The translations under genes and the position numbers were made by a program. Positions 25,501 to 34,512 of a DNA stretch of 64,000 bases are shown one piece after another (the first letter of the stretch is position 1; each line of letters begins with the position of its first letter). The stretch is from Vicinamibacterales bacterium (GTDB lineage: Bacteria; Acidobacteriota; Vicinamibacteria; Vicinamibacterales; UBA8438): assembly GCA_965249175.1 (NCBI GenBank), contig OZ252227.1, forward strand, positions 6,320,043 through 6,384,042, read 5' to 3'. Under the pieces are notes generated by a model, which was not told where the DNA came from, did no database searches, and was given only the letters and a program-made list of their open reading frames with translations.

Positions 25501-26844
25501 ATGATCGTTACGAAGAAATATCTGCCGAGACGCACCATCCTGCGTGGGCTCGGGGCCACCGTGGCGTTGCCGTTTCTCGATGCCATGGCGCCGGCGCTCA
25601 CCGCCGCCGCGCAGACCGCCGCGAATCCCGTCCCGCGGATCGGGTTCTTCTATGTTCCGAACGGCATGTTCCTGCCGAGCTTTCATCCGAAGGGTGACGG
25701 GGGAGCCAACTTCGAGCTGTCACCGACCCTGACGCCGCTCGCGCCGTTCCGCGACCAATTGACGGTCCTGAGCGGTCTGAGCAACAGCGGTGTCGTGAGC
25801 CCGAATGAAGGCGGTGGGGTCCACACGCGGGCGCACGGCGGTTGGCTCAGCGGAGTGCTGCCGCGCCGCACCGAGGGTGCCGACCTCGAGGCGGGCAAGA
25901 CCCTCGATCAGTATGCGGCCGACAAGCTCGGCGCTGACACCTCGCTGCGGTCACTCGAGCTGACAATTGATTCCAGCTTCCAGGTCGGCAACTGTGAGAA
26001 CGGCTACAGCTGTGCGTATCTGAACTCGAGCTCCTGGCGAACCGCGACGACCCCGCTGCCGCACGAGCGCGACCCGCGGGTCGTGTTTCAGCGGCTGTTC
26101 GGCGATGGCGGCAGCATCGAGGCCCGCGTGGCGCAGATGCGGACCGACCGCAGCATCCTCGATTCGGTCTCGGGTAGCATCAGCCGGCTCGAGCGGCGTC
26201 TCGGTCTCCGAGACCGCACGACGGTGGAGGAGTACCTCGATTCCGTCCGGGAGATCGAGCGGCGAATCCAGCGCGCAGAGCGCAACAGCGCGACGACGCC
26301 CCTGCCCGACCTGGAGCAGCCCGACGGTGTGCCGGACGACTACGACGAGCATGTCAAGATCCTCCACGATCTCCTCGTGCTGGCATTCCAAGCGGACGTG
26401 ACGCGTGTGAGCTGCATGCAGATGGCGCGCGAGCTGAGTGGGCGTGCGTACCCTCAAATCGGAGTTCCCGAGGGACACCACACGGTCTCGCATCACCAGT
26501 TGGACCAGCACAACACGGCGCAATACACCAAGATCAACACGTACCACATGTCGCTGTTCGCGCGGTTCCTCGAGAAGATGCGGTCGACGCCAGACGGCGA
26601 CGGCAATCTGCTGGACCATTCCATCTTCCTCTGGGGCGCGGGGATGGGCGATGGCGACAAGCACACGCCCTACGACCTGCCGGTGTCGCTCGTCGGCGGC
26701 GGGTGCGGGACGCTCGAGGGCAATCGGCACCTGAAGTACGCCATGCATACGCCATTCATGAACATGGGGCTGAGCGTGCTCGACAAGGTGGGCGTTCACG
26801 TCGACGCGCTCTCCGACAGCACCGGGCGGCTGACCGATCTGTGA
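25501..26844 (+). CDS. DUF1552 domain protein with a Tat-type signal (copy 1)
   Basis: ATG at 25501 after the GAGAGAGGA RBS. MIVTKKYLPRRTILRGLGATVALPFLDAM...; ...HHTVSHHQ...LWGAGMGDGDKH. Confidence 0.8.
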   Translation: MIVTKKYLPRRTILRGLGATVALPFLDAMAPALTAAAQTAANPVPRIGFFYVPNGMFLPSFHPKGDGGANFELSPTLTPLAPFRDQLTVLSGLSNSGVVSPNEGGGVHTRAHGGWLSGVLPRRTEGADLEAGKTLDQYAADKLGADTSLRSLELTIDSSFQVGNCENGYSCAYLNSSSWRTATTPLPHERDPRVVFQRLFGDGGSIEARVAQMRTDRSILDSVSGSISRLERRLGLRDRTTVEEYLDSVREIERRIQRAERNSATTPLPDLEQPDGVPDDYDEHVKILHDLLVLAFQADVTRVSCMQMARELSGRAYPQIGVPEGHHTVSHHQLDQHNTAQYTKINTYHMSLFARFLEKMRSTPDGDGNLLDHSIFLWGAGMGDGDKHTPYDLPVSLVGGGCGTLEGNRHLKYAMHTPFMNMGLSVLDKVGVHVDALSDSTGRLTDL

Positions 26845-26872
26845 CCATATCCCTCATGGGAACAGCACGAGG

Positions 26873-28510
26873 ATGAGGAGCACCATGGTGACATCTCGAA
26901 GTGCCCGGTGGATGGTCGCGTTCCTGGTGGTGTCGGTCTGCGTGCCGTCCTTTGCGACGGCCAAGACGGCCGACGTTCCGCTGCTGGAGGCGGTCAGGGC
27001 AGTCGATCTGGAGGCGGTTCGCGCCCTGCTCGATCAGGGTGTGGACGTGAATACGACCGCCGTCGATGGCGCGACCCCGCTCCATTGGGCAGCGTATCGG
27101 GACGAGCCGGCGCTGGTCGCGCTGTTGCTCGACGCTGGCGCGGATGTGACCGTCGCCAACCGGTACGGCGTCCTGCCACTGTCGTTGGCGAGCCTGCACG
27201 GGAACGCTGAGGTCATCGAGCTGCTGCTGCGGGCCGGTGCTGATCCGAACACCACATTGCCGGAGGGGGAGACGGCGGTGATGACGGCCGCGCGGACAGG
27301 CAACCCCGACGCCATCCGTGTCCTGGTGAGCCACGGGGCCGACGTCAACGCTCGTGACGAAGTGCATGGCCAGAGCGCCCTCATGTGGGCAGCCGCGGAG
27401 GGACACGCCGAGGCGATCCATGTGCTCGCCGAGGTCGGGGCCGACATCAACGCGCGCACCGCGCGGGACAACGGCCCCCCCCCTCGTCGGGGATTGTTCG
27501 CGAGTGCGTCGCCGACCGGCTTCACGCCGTTCTTGTTCGCCGTCCGTGCGGGGCATCTCGACGCGGCGCGTCTTCTGCTCGAGGCGGGTGCCGACGTCAA
27601 CGACACGCTGTCCGATGGACAGAGTGCGCTCGTCGTTGCCGCGGCGAACGCCAACTGGGCATTGGCGGACTACCTGCTCGACCGGGGGGCCGATCCGAAT
27701 CTGGCCGGCGCGGGCTGGAACGCGCTTCACCAGACGGTGCGAACCCGCCGCATGAACTGCTGTCAGGGCACGCCCGGGCCGATTCCGGCGGGGACCGTGG
27801 AGAGTCTCGACGTCATGCGGAAGCTGGTCGCGAAGGGTGTCGATGTCGACGCCCGCATGACGCGAAACGGGATGAAGGATGGGCAACGGAGTCGGCTCAA
27901 TCGCCTCGGCGCGACCGCCTTTTTCCTGGCCGCCAAAGTCACCGACGTCGAGGCGATGAGGTATCTGGTCGAGGTGGGCGCCGACTCCAGCATCCCGAGC
28001 GCCGAGAATTCGACACCGCTGATGGTGGCGGCCGGGCTCGACATCTGGAATCCTGGGGAGGATGGTGGAACGTTCTCCGGTCAGGAAGCAGAGGTGCTCG
28101 AAGCAGTGACGATGTGCGTCGAGTTGGGGAACGACGTCAATGCGGTGAACGACCTCATGGAAACGGCTCTCCACGGCGCCGCGTTCAGGGGGGTCAACAT
28201 CGTCGTCGATTATCTCGTCGCGCAGGGCGCGAAGCTCGATGCACGGGAAACACACGGGTGGATTCCGTGGGCCATCGCCGACGGGTTCAGCTACTCGGAT
28301 TTCTACAAGGCCCAGAAGCACACGGCCGAGCTTCTGGCCACGTACATGAGGGCGCAGGGCCTGTCGACAGAGGGTGAAGTCATACCGGGGTCGGTGTGTT
28401 TCGACTGTTTACAGACCCGGTCGGACCAGGCGCGTGCCGCCCGCGATCGCGACGAGCGGATGGAAGCCGAGTTCGCGCTCCTGTACGCGCGGGAGAAAGA
28501 CCAGCAGTAG
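26873..28510 (+). CDS. secreted ankyrin-repeat protein (copy 1)
   Basis: Signal peptide. Many ANK repeats (DGATPLHWAAYRDEPALVALLLDAGADV, GETAVMTAARTGNPDAIRVLVSHGADVN, ...). Confidence 0.8.
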   Translation: MRSTMVTSRSARWMVAFLVVSVCVPSFATAKTADVPLLEAVRAVDLEAVRALLDQGVDVNTTAVDGATPLHWAAYRDEPALVALLLDAGADVTVANRYGVLPLSLASLHGNAEVIELLLRAGADPNTTLPEGETAVMTAARTGNPDAIRVLVSHGADVNARDEVHGQSALMWAAAEGHAEAIHVLAEVGADINARTARDNGPPPRRGLFASASPTGFTPFLFAVRAGHLDAARLLLEAGADVNDTLSDGQSALVVAAANANWALADYLLDRGADPNLAGAGWNALHQTVRTRRMNCCQGTPGPIPAGTVESLDVMRKLVAKGVDVDARMTRNGMKDGQRSRLNRLGATAFFLAAKVTDVEAMRYLVEVGADSSIPSAENSTPLMVAAGLDIWNPGEDGGTFSGQEAEVLEAVTMCVELGNDVNAVNDLMETALHGAAFRGVNIVVDYLVAQGAKLDARETHGWIPWAIADGFSYSDFYKAQKHTAELLATYMRAQGLSTEGEVIPGSVCFDCLQTRSDQARAARDRDERMEAEFALLYAREKDQQ

Positions 28511-28514
28511 CGCC

Positions 28515-28805
28515 TTACTCGGCCAGCCTCACATCGCGCACCGGTCCCGGCAGCCTCAGCGGAAGCGGATGGTCGCACCCCGGACAGACAACACGGTCGT
28601 GTGACGCACCGGCGGACTCGAACGGGCTGACGAAGAACTCCACGTGCAGCAGCCGGCGGCACGCGGTGCATTCAAACGCCACGACGACGCTCTGCGGCTC
28701 GGCCGCTCGCGGGTCGTTGGAGACGTCGACCACGTCGAGGCGACGGCCTGTCACCGTCCCCCGGGCGCCGTCTAGGTCGCCGTCGGTCGGCTTCTTCACG
28801 AGCAT
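28515..28805 (-). CDS. hypothetical small zinc-ribbon-like protein
   Basis: Start trimmed to [14 protein letters not shown]...CPGC cysteine pairs. No family recognised and no clear RBS. Confidence 0.3.
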   Translation of the reverse strand: MLVKKPTDGDLDGARGTVTGRRLDVVDVSNDPRAAEPQSVVVAFECTACRRLLHVEFFVSPFESAGASHDRVVCPGCDHPLPLRLPGPVRDVRLAE

Positions 28806-28882
28806 CCGCGAACCGAGGTCCCCGCCCGCCGGCCACCCCACATTGTCGTATTCACCCCGGCACACTCAGGGGATCGGCACCC

Positions 28883-29038
28883 GTCGGGGTCGGTCGTGAA
28901 TACCTCGGGCAACACCTTGAGCGCCACATCGCGGTCGAGCTTGGTGTCGCGGGCGCGATACACTTCGCCCATACCGCCAGCCCCGAGCGAGTCACCCACC
29001 TCGTACGCGCCGATCCGTGTCCCCGGGGGTAGCGCCAT
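28883..29038 (-). pseudogene. Ser/Thr protein kinase N-terminal fragment (~52 codons)
   Basis: [52 protein letters not shown] carries the glycine loop and VALK lysine. Kinase similarity then ends abruptly. Confidence 0.55.
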
Positions 29039-29055
29039 CGTTCTGGTGATCTCGA

Positions 29056-29424
29056 CAGGTCGAGCACGAGGCGAAGACTCCGGTTGCGTCGGGTGCGGTA
29101 CGTTGAGAAGCCACGTCGATCCAACGTCACGACCTCGTGCACGTTGAGCGCCTCGGCAAGCAGCACGAGTGTTCCGTCGGCATAGTCCATAGGCGTGTCA
29201 TCGACGAGCCAGGTCTTCAAGATCTCCAGTTCCGCTGGCGAAGCTGACGACGCCACGGCTCGCTCCCAGCCTTCGGCAGCTCTGCTCCCGAGCGGCTGGT
29301 CGACGAGCGCCGCCTCGAGAATCTCCCGTACGAGTGCCGAAACCGTCTTGCCCTGGGCTTCTGCGCACTTCGCGAGGGCACCCCGCATTGCCGCCTCCGT
29401 GCGGACGGTAACTGTCGTACTCAC
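29056..29424 (-). pseudogene. RHH (CopG-like) antitoxin fused in frame to the C-terminal half of a PIN (VapC-like) domain
   Basis: MSTTVTVRTEAAMRGALAKCAEAQGKTVSALVREILEAAL (RHH pattern), then ...[31 protein letters not shown]...LRLV (PIN C-terminal pattern). The PIN N-terminal acidic residues are missing. Confidence 0.5.
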
Positions 29425-29445
29425 GTATACCAGCGTACTACCGGA

Positions 29446-31032
29446 TCACTGATCCGGCGGCGACGGTGGCGCCACGATCGGCGGCTGCGGGTCGAGCGGC
29501 GTCAGGTCGCGACCCTGCAGCGCCGGATGGTCCGGAAGGAGTTTCGTCGCCCTGAACGCCGCGTAGGGAAACTGCCGGATGAGGAACTGTAGTGTGTCAT
29601 CAGTTGGGTCGACGTCGCCGGAGTTGGGCGACCGGTACTCCCAGACGATCTCCCCGTCGCGCGTCACCTCGAAGAACCGTCCCGGTCCACCGGACGTGAT
29701 CAGTGTGTGACCATCCGGGAGCCGGTGCGCACCCGAGATGAACGGGCTGTGGAACGACGTCGGGTCAGGTGCCGCGTAGCTCCATCTCGGCGTCGTCGGT
29801 CCGTACGGATCCGACCCCGTCAGCACGTACCCCGTCGTCTCGTCCATCGGTGGTGTGATCTCGAACACCGTCGAGTGAGGATCCTCGGGTCCCGGGACGT
29901 TGTTGCTGAAGACGAGCATGTTCCCGGCGCCCGGAAGCCCCTCGGGAATCCACCGCACGTCGTGCTGCCCGAACGTCCGCTGCTGGGCCTCGTCGCCCCT
30001 TCCGTACGCGCGTGGGTTCCCCCAGCGGTAGAGCAGGTCGCCACCGCGTCCCCACCGGCCGCCGTCATGCCCGCGCGCCTCCTCTGTCGTCGTACTGTGG
30101 TCGATGATCCAAATCTCGTTGTACGCGAGAACGCTGACCGCGATCTGGTCGAGCGTGGCGTTGTAGGCGATCGCGTTTGTGTGCATCAGATCGGCCGCTG
30201 GGTCGTGCTCGCTGTCTTCCGGCACGTGGCCGATCTCCTGATAGCGAGACCGTTCTTCGTCGGGCAGATCGTCCGGCGGCTGAGGTCCCGCGTTGACGTC
30301 GATCAGCTCCGGATGCGCCGACGGATCCCCGTAGCCGTCCAGTCGTTCATCGTGGTTCTGGATCATGTGATCCCAGGCGTGCCACTCCCAGACAATGCGG
30401 GCGCCGTCGGGCGGCTGGGGCTCGAGCTCGACGATCATGTCCGGCCAGATACCACCTTCCGGAGTCATTTCGGGGACACGACCCATCTGCTGGGTGTCCT
30501 CGAGCGACTTCGCCTCCCAGGCGATCGCCAGGATGTTGCCGTTGGGTAGCACCGCCACGTCGTGGTGCAGCAGGTGTTCTTCGCTCGCGAACCTGAAGTC
30601 CCAGACGACGTCGCCTTCCCACGTAAACTCCTGAATGCGACCACCCTGACCGCCGCCGCTGAACACGGCGACGCCCGGCTCACGTCCGCCACGGAGCAGG
30701 TGTCCACTGTCCAGCAGATAGACGAACGCCGATGGCAGGAGGTCACTTTCCCACGTTCGTACGACCGCACCGCTGTCACTCTCCATGAGATAGGTGACGT
30801 TCGACACGAGCGGGGCGTAGTAGACGTAGCCGGGCGTGGCCGCGGGCGTGCTCAGCAACAGGCCGCGCGGCTGGTCGTCGACTCCGGGTGCCGTCTCGAC
30901 GTCGCCGCCGCCATCGTCGGGCGCCTCGGCCGGGGACCCGCAACCGGCGACGGTCACCGCGAACGCCAGCGCTAGCGCTGGTAGGACCGCCGTCGACGTG
31001 AATACTTCACGATCCGTCCGAGCACTTCGCAT
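29446..31032 (-). CDS. arylsulfotransferase (ASST)-family beta-propeller lipoprotein
   Basis: Start trimmed to MRSARTDREVF...LAFAVTVAGC (lipobox) with a GGGAGGG RBS. ...LLHHDVAVLPNGNILAIAWE..., ...WEWHAWDHMIQNHD..., ...MHTNAIAYN... Confidence 0.65.
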   Translation of the reverse strand: MRSARTDREVFTSTAVLPALALAFAVTVAGCGSPAEAPDDGGGDVETAPGVDDQPRGLLLSTPAATPGYVYYAPLVSNVTYLMESDSGAVVRTWESDLLPSAFVYLLDSGHLLRGGREPGVAVFSGGGQGGRIQEFTWEGDVVWDFRFASEEHLLHHDVAVLPNGNILAIAWEAKSLEDTQQMGRVPEMTPEGGIWPDMIVELEPQPPDGARIVWEWHAWDHMIQNHDERLDGYGDPSAHPELIDVNAGPQPPDDLPDEERSRYQEIGHVPEDSEHDPAADLMHTNAIAYNATLDQIAVSVLAYNEIWIIDHSTTTEEARGHDGGRWGRGGDLLYRWGNPRAYGRGDEAQQRTFGQHDVRWIPEGLPGAGNMLVFSNNVPGPEDPHSTVFEITPPMDETTGYVLTGSDPYGPTTPRWSYAAPDPTSFHSPFISGAHRLPDGHTLITSGGPGRFFEVTRDGEIVWEYRSPNSGDVDPTDDTLQFLIRQFPYAAFRATKLLPDHPALQGRDLTPLDPQPPIVAPPSPPDQ

Positions 31033-31156
31033 CCATCCCTCCCAAAAGCGTCGGTGGACCGTCGGTTGGGCATCCGAAAACCGTGCCGGGGTCGATCGCC
31101 CGGAGTGTATCATCGGCCTGACCGACGAGCGTGACCGCTCGTTGGCGAGGGGATCC

Positions 31157-32347
31157 ATGGGAACCGACGAGGCGCCGGCTGCGGATCGGGCACGCCGGAG
31201 TGGGATCCACCGCCGCGCGCTCGGCGGTGTGCTGGCGTTGGCGCTTGGTCTGATGTCCTGCGGCGAGACCCCGCCCCCAGCGGCCACTGGTCCGGAGTCG
31301 GTCCCGCCCAACACGTCGCCGTCGTCGCGTGACGCGGCGTTCGTCGTCGATCCGTTCTGGCCACGGGAGCTGCCGGACGGATGGCTGCTCGGCAACGTCG
31401 TCGGCGTGGCCACCGACTCCGCCGACAACGTCTGGATCATCCATCGGCCGAACAGCCAGACCGGAGCAGCGGACACACCGCCCGTGATCGCCTTCAGCCC
31501 CGCCGGCGACGTTGTGCAGAGCTGGGGCGGGCCGGGCGAGGGCTACGACTGGGGGACGCAGACGCACGGGATCCACGTCGACTCTGAGGACAACGTCTGG
31601 GTCGGCTTCGGGGGTGGCCTGCCGTACGACCCGACGAAGCCGAGTACGACCGACAACGCGCTGGTGCTCAAGTTCACGGCGGATGGCGAGTTCCTGCTCC
31701 AGATCGGCGACTTCGGGCGGGGGACGGAAGGGAGCGGCAGCGCGGAGTTCCTCGGCCAGCCGACTGACATCTTCGTCGACACGGAGGCAGACGAGGTCTA
31801 CATCAGCGATGGGTATACGAACCGTCGCGTCATCGTGTTCGACGCGACCACCGGCGCGCACAAGCGGCTCTGGGGCGCGTACGGCAACGAACCGGAGGAT
31901 GCGCCGACGCCCAGATTCAGCCGGGACAACCCGCCGCCGCAACAGTTCAACACGCCCCACTGCGTGGTGGGTGCCGCCGACGGTCTCGTGTATGTCTGCG
32001 ACCGTGGAAATCAGCGCATCCAGGTGTTCGACGGTGACGGCGCGTTTATCACCGAGCGCGTGATCGAGGCGCCCCTCGGTGCGGGTCGAATCGGCGGGAC
32101 TCCGTGGGACCTCGCGTTCTCACGCGATCCGGAGCAAGGCCTGCTCTACGTGGTCGATGGCGGCAGCCATGCGGTTCACACGCTCTCGCGTGACTCGCTC
32201 GATGTCGTTCGCACGTTTGGCCGACGCGGGCGGTGGGCCGGCCAGTTCGAGTCGCCGCACAGTCTGGCGGTCGACTCCCAGGGCAATCTGTTCGTGGGTG
32301 AAACACTCGACGGCCGCCGCGTGCAGAAGTTCGTTCCGGGCGGCTAG
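31157..32347 (+). CDS. NHL-repeat (peptidylglycine-amidating-lyase-like) six-bladed propeller lipoprotein
   Basis: Start trimmed to MGTDEAP...LALGLMSCG (lipobox). NHL repeats FLGQPTDIFVDTEADEVYISDGYTNRRVIVFD, FNTPHCVVGAADGLVYVCDRGNQRIQVFD, FESPHSLAVDSQGNLFVGE. Confidence 0.75.
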   Translation: MGTDEAPAADRARRSGIHRRALGGVLALALGLMSCGETPPPAATGPESVPPNTSPSSRDAAFVVDPFWPRELPDGWLLGNVVGVATDSADNVWIIHRPNSQTGAADTPPVIAFSPAGDVVQSWGGPGEGYDWGTQTHGIHVDSEDNVWVGFGGGLPYDPTKPSTTDNALVLKFTADGEFLLQIGDFGRGTEGSGSAEFLGQPTDIFVDTEADEVYISDGYTNRRVIVFDATTGAHKRLWGAYGNEPEDAPTPRFSRDNPPPQQFNTPHCVVGAADGLVYVCDRGNQRIQVFDGDGAFITERVIEAPLGAGRIGGTPWDLAFSRDPEQGLLYVVDGGSHAVHTLSRDSLDVVRTFGRRGRWAGQFESPHSLAVDSQGNLFVGETLDGRRVQKFVPGG

Positions 32348-32392
32348 CCGTCAACGTTAACCGCTCGCACTCGTCTCATTCTCTGCGTACTC

Positions 32393-33503
<1,111 letters not shown>

Positions 33504-33505
<2 letters not shown>

Positions 33506-33571
33506 GTGGGGAGCGCGAACGCGACGTACTCACCCGAGTACGGCCCACCGCTGATCGCCACCACGATGTAT
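33504..33571. repeat. 68-bp perfect direct repeat, copy A (displaced 3' end of a PQQ dehydrogenase gene)
   Basis: Identical base for base to 43182-43249. The minus strand encodes ...YIVVAISGGPYSGEYVAFALPT*. Confidence 0.95.
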
Positions 33572-33664
33572 GCGCTCGGAGTCATCGGTGGACGAGACGG
33601 AAATGGTCGACAGTGCCACGACCGCGATCAATGCAAACACCGCTGCGAGACATCGATGGCTCAT
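33530..33664 (-). other. orphan 44-codon ORF: RBS plus signal peptide running out of frame into repeat copy A
   Basis: My own translation MSHRCLAAVFALIAVVALSTISVSSTDDSERIHRGGDQRWAVLG*. A GGAGAGG RBS lies 5-6 nt upstream. Too short for the ORF track. Confidence 0.25.
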
Positions 33665-33703
33665 CTGATCCTCTCCGGTCTCTGCGCCTTCATCTCAGTT
33701 CCG

Positions 33704-34384
33704 CTAGCAGCCCAGTCCCTCGCCCTTTTTCATCAGGTTCATATGCTGCTCGGCCTGTTCCAGGCCGCCTTCGCCCTGCTGCCAGCCGATCCGGCCATCG
33801 CCGTTGGCGTCTACTCCGGTGATCAGCTGCTCGGCCAGCGTGGTGAGCTGGCTGACGAGCGCCGATGCCGCGTCCGGCGATTCAGGCGACACGCGACCGG
33901 AAAGCATCTCAATCGCCTTGGCGAGCGCGATGATCGAGTCGGCTCGCTGCACGGTGTTGTTGGCCGACGTCGCCACATGCTCCGCGTGCGTCATCACGCC
34001 CTGGGACGCGCCGTCCGACTTGGCCGCCAGCTCGATGTGCTGGGCGATCCCGGCCGCTGCCTGCTTCACGCCGTAGCCCAGACCAGGCCCGGTGTCCTGC
34101 TCGCTCGGATCCACGGCGTTCAGCACATGCTCCGCGTGCCGCTTCATCGCCCGGAGGTTGTTCGGATCTTCCGCGGCCAGCGCGGCGTGCTGCGCGGCGA
34201 TCGCCGCCTCGGCGAGGGCCGTCGCTAGCAAGCTCTGGCCGTCGGGCGTGTCGCCAAATCCGTCCATTACATGGCCGATGTGTGTATGGGCGGCGGGACC
34301 TTGCGCCGCTGTGGTAGCGCCCCCAAGAGCGAGGCCGACAAACGCCAACGCCGACATCGGGACGAGGTGTGCGGTAGCGCGCAT
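33704..34384 (-). CDS. secreted His-rich helical protein of unknown function
   Basis: 226 aa. Signal peptide MRATAHLVPMSALAFVGLALGGATTAAQG. Recurrent H-x-x-H-type motifs (HTHIGHV, KRHAEHV, THAEHV) and an EF-hand-like DANGDGRIG. Confidence 0.6.
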   Translation of the reverse strand: MRATAHLVPMSALAFVGLALGGATTAAQGPAAHTHIGHVMDGFGDTPDGQSLLATALAEAAIAAQHAALAAEDPNNLRAMKRHAEHVLNAVDPSEQDTGPGLGYGVKQAAAGIAQHIELAAKSDGASQGVMTHAEHVATSANNTVQRADSIIALAKAIEMLSGRVSPESPDAASALVSQLTTLAEQLITGVDANGDGRIGWQQGEGGLEQAEQHMNLMKKGEGLGC

Positions 34385-34512
34385 GGGTGCCTCCTTGCGA
34401 ACGCAATCTTAGGATGCGGGAAACACTAGTCTTATACCGGTCGGCCCTTCGCTCGGCAAGCGAAAACGGGGATGGGCGATGTCACGCTCAAGGATCCTCG
34501 GAGAGGCAAACC

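Noticed and set aside
34387-34512. N-terminal extensions offered by the track (34387 for the PD40 gene; likewise 49295..49660, 30836..31156, 31033..31476, 22921..23166, 20542..20757)
   Set aside because: The extensions overlap neighbouring genes or lack coding character. Internal ATG/GTG starts have good RBS sequences and are followed immediately by signal peptides or conserved N-termini.
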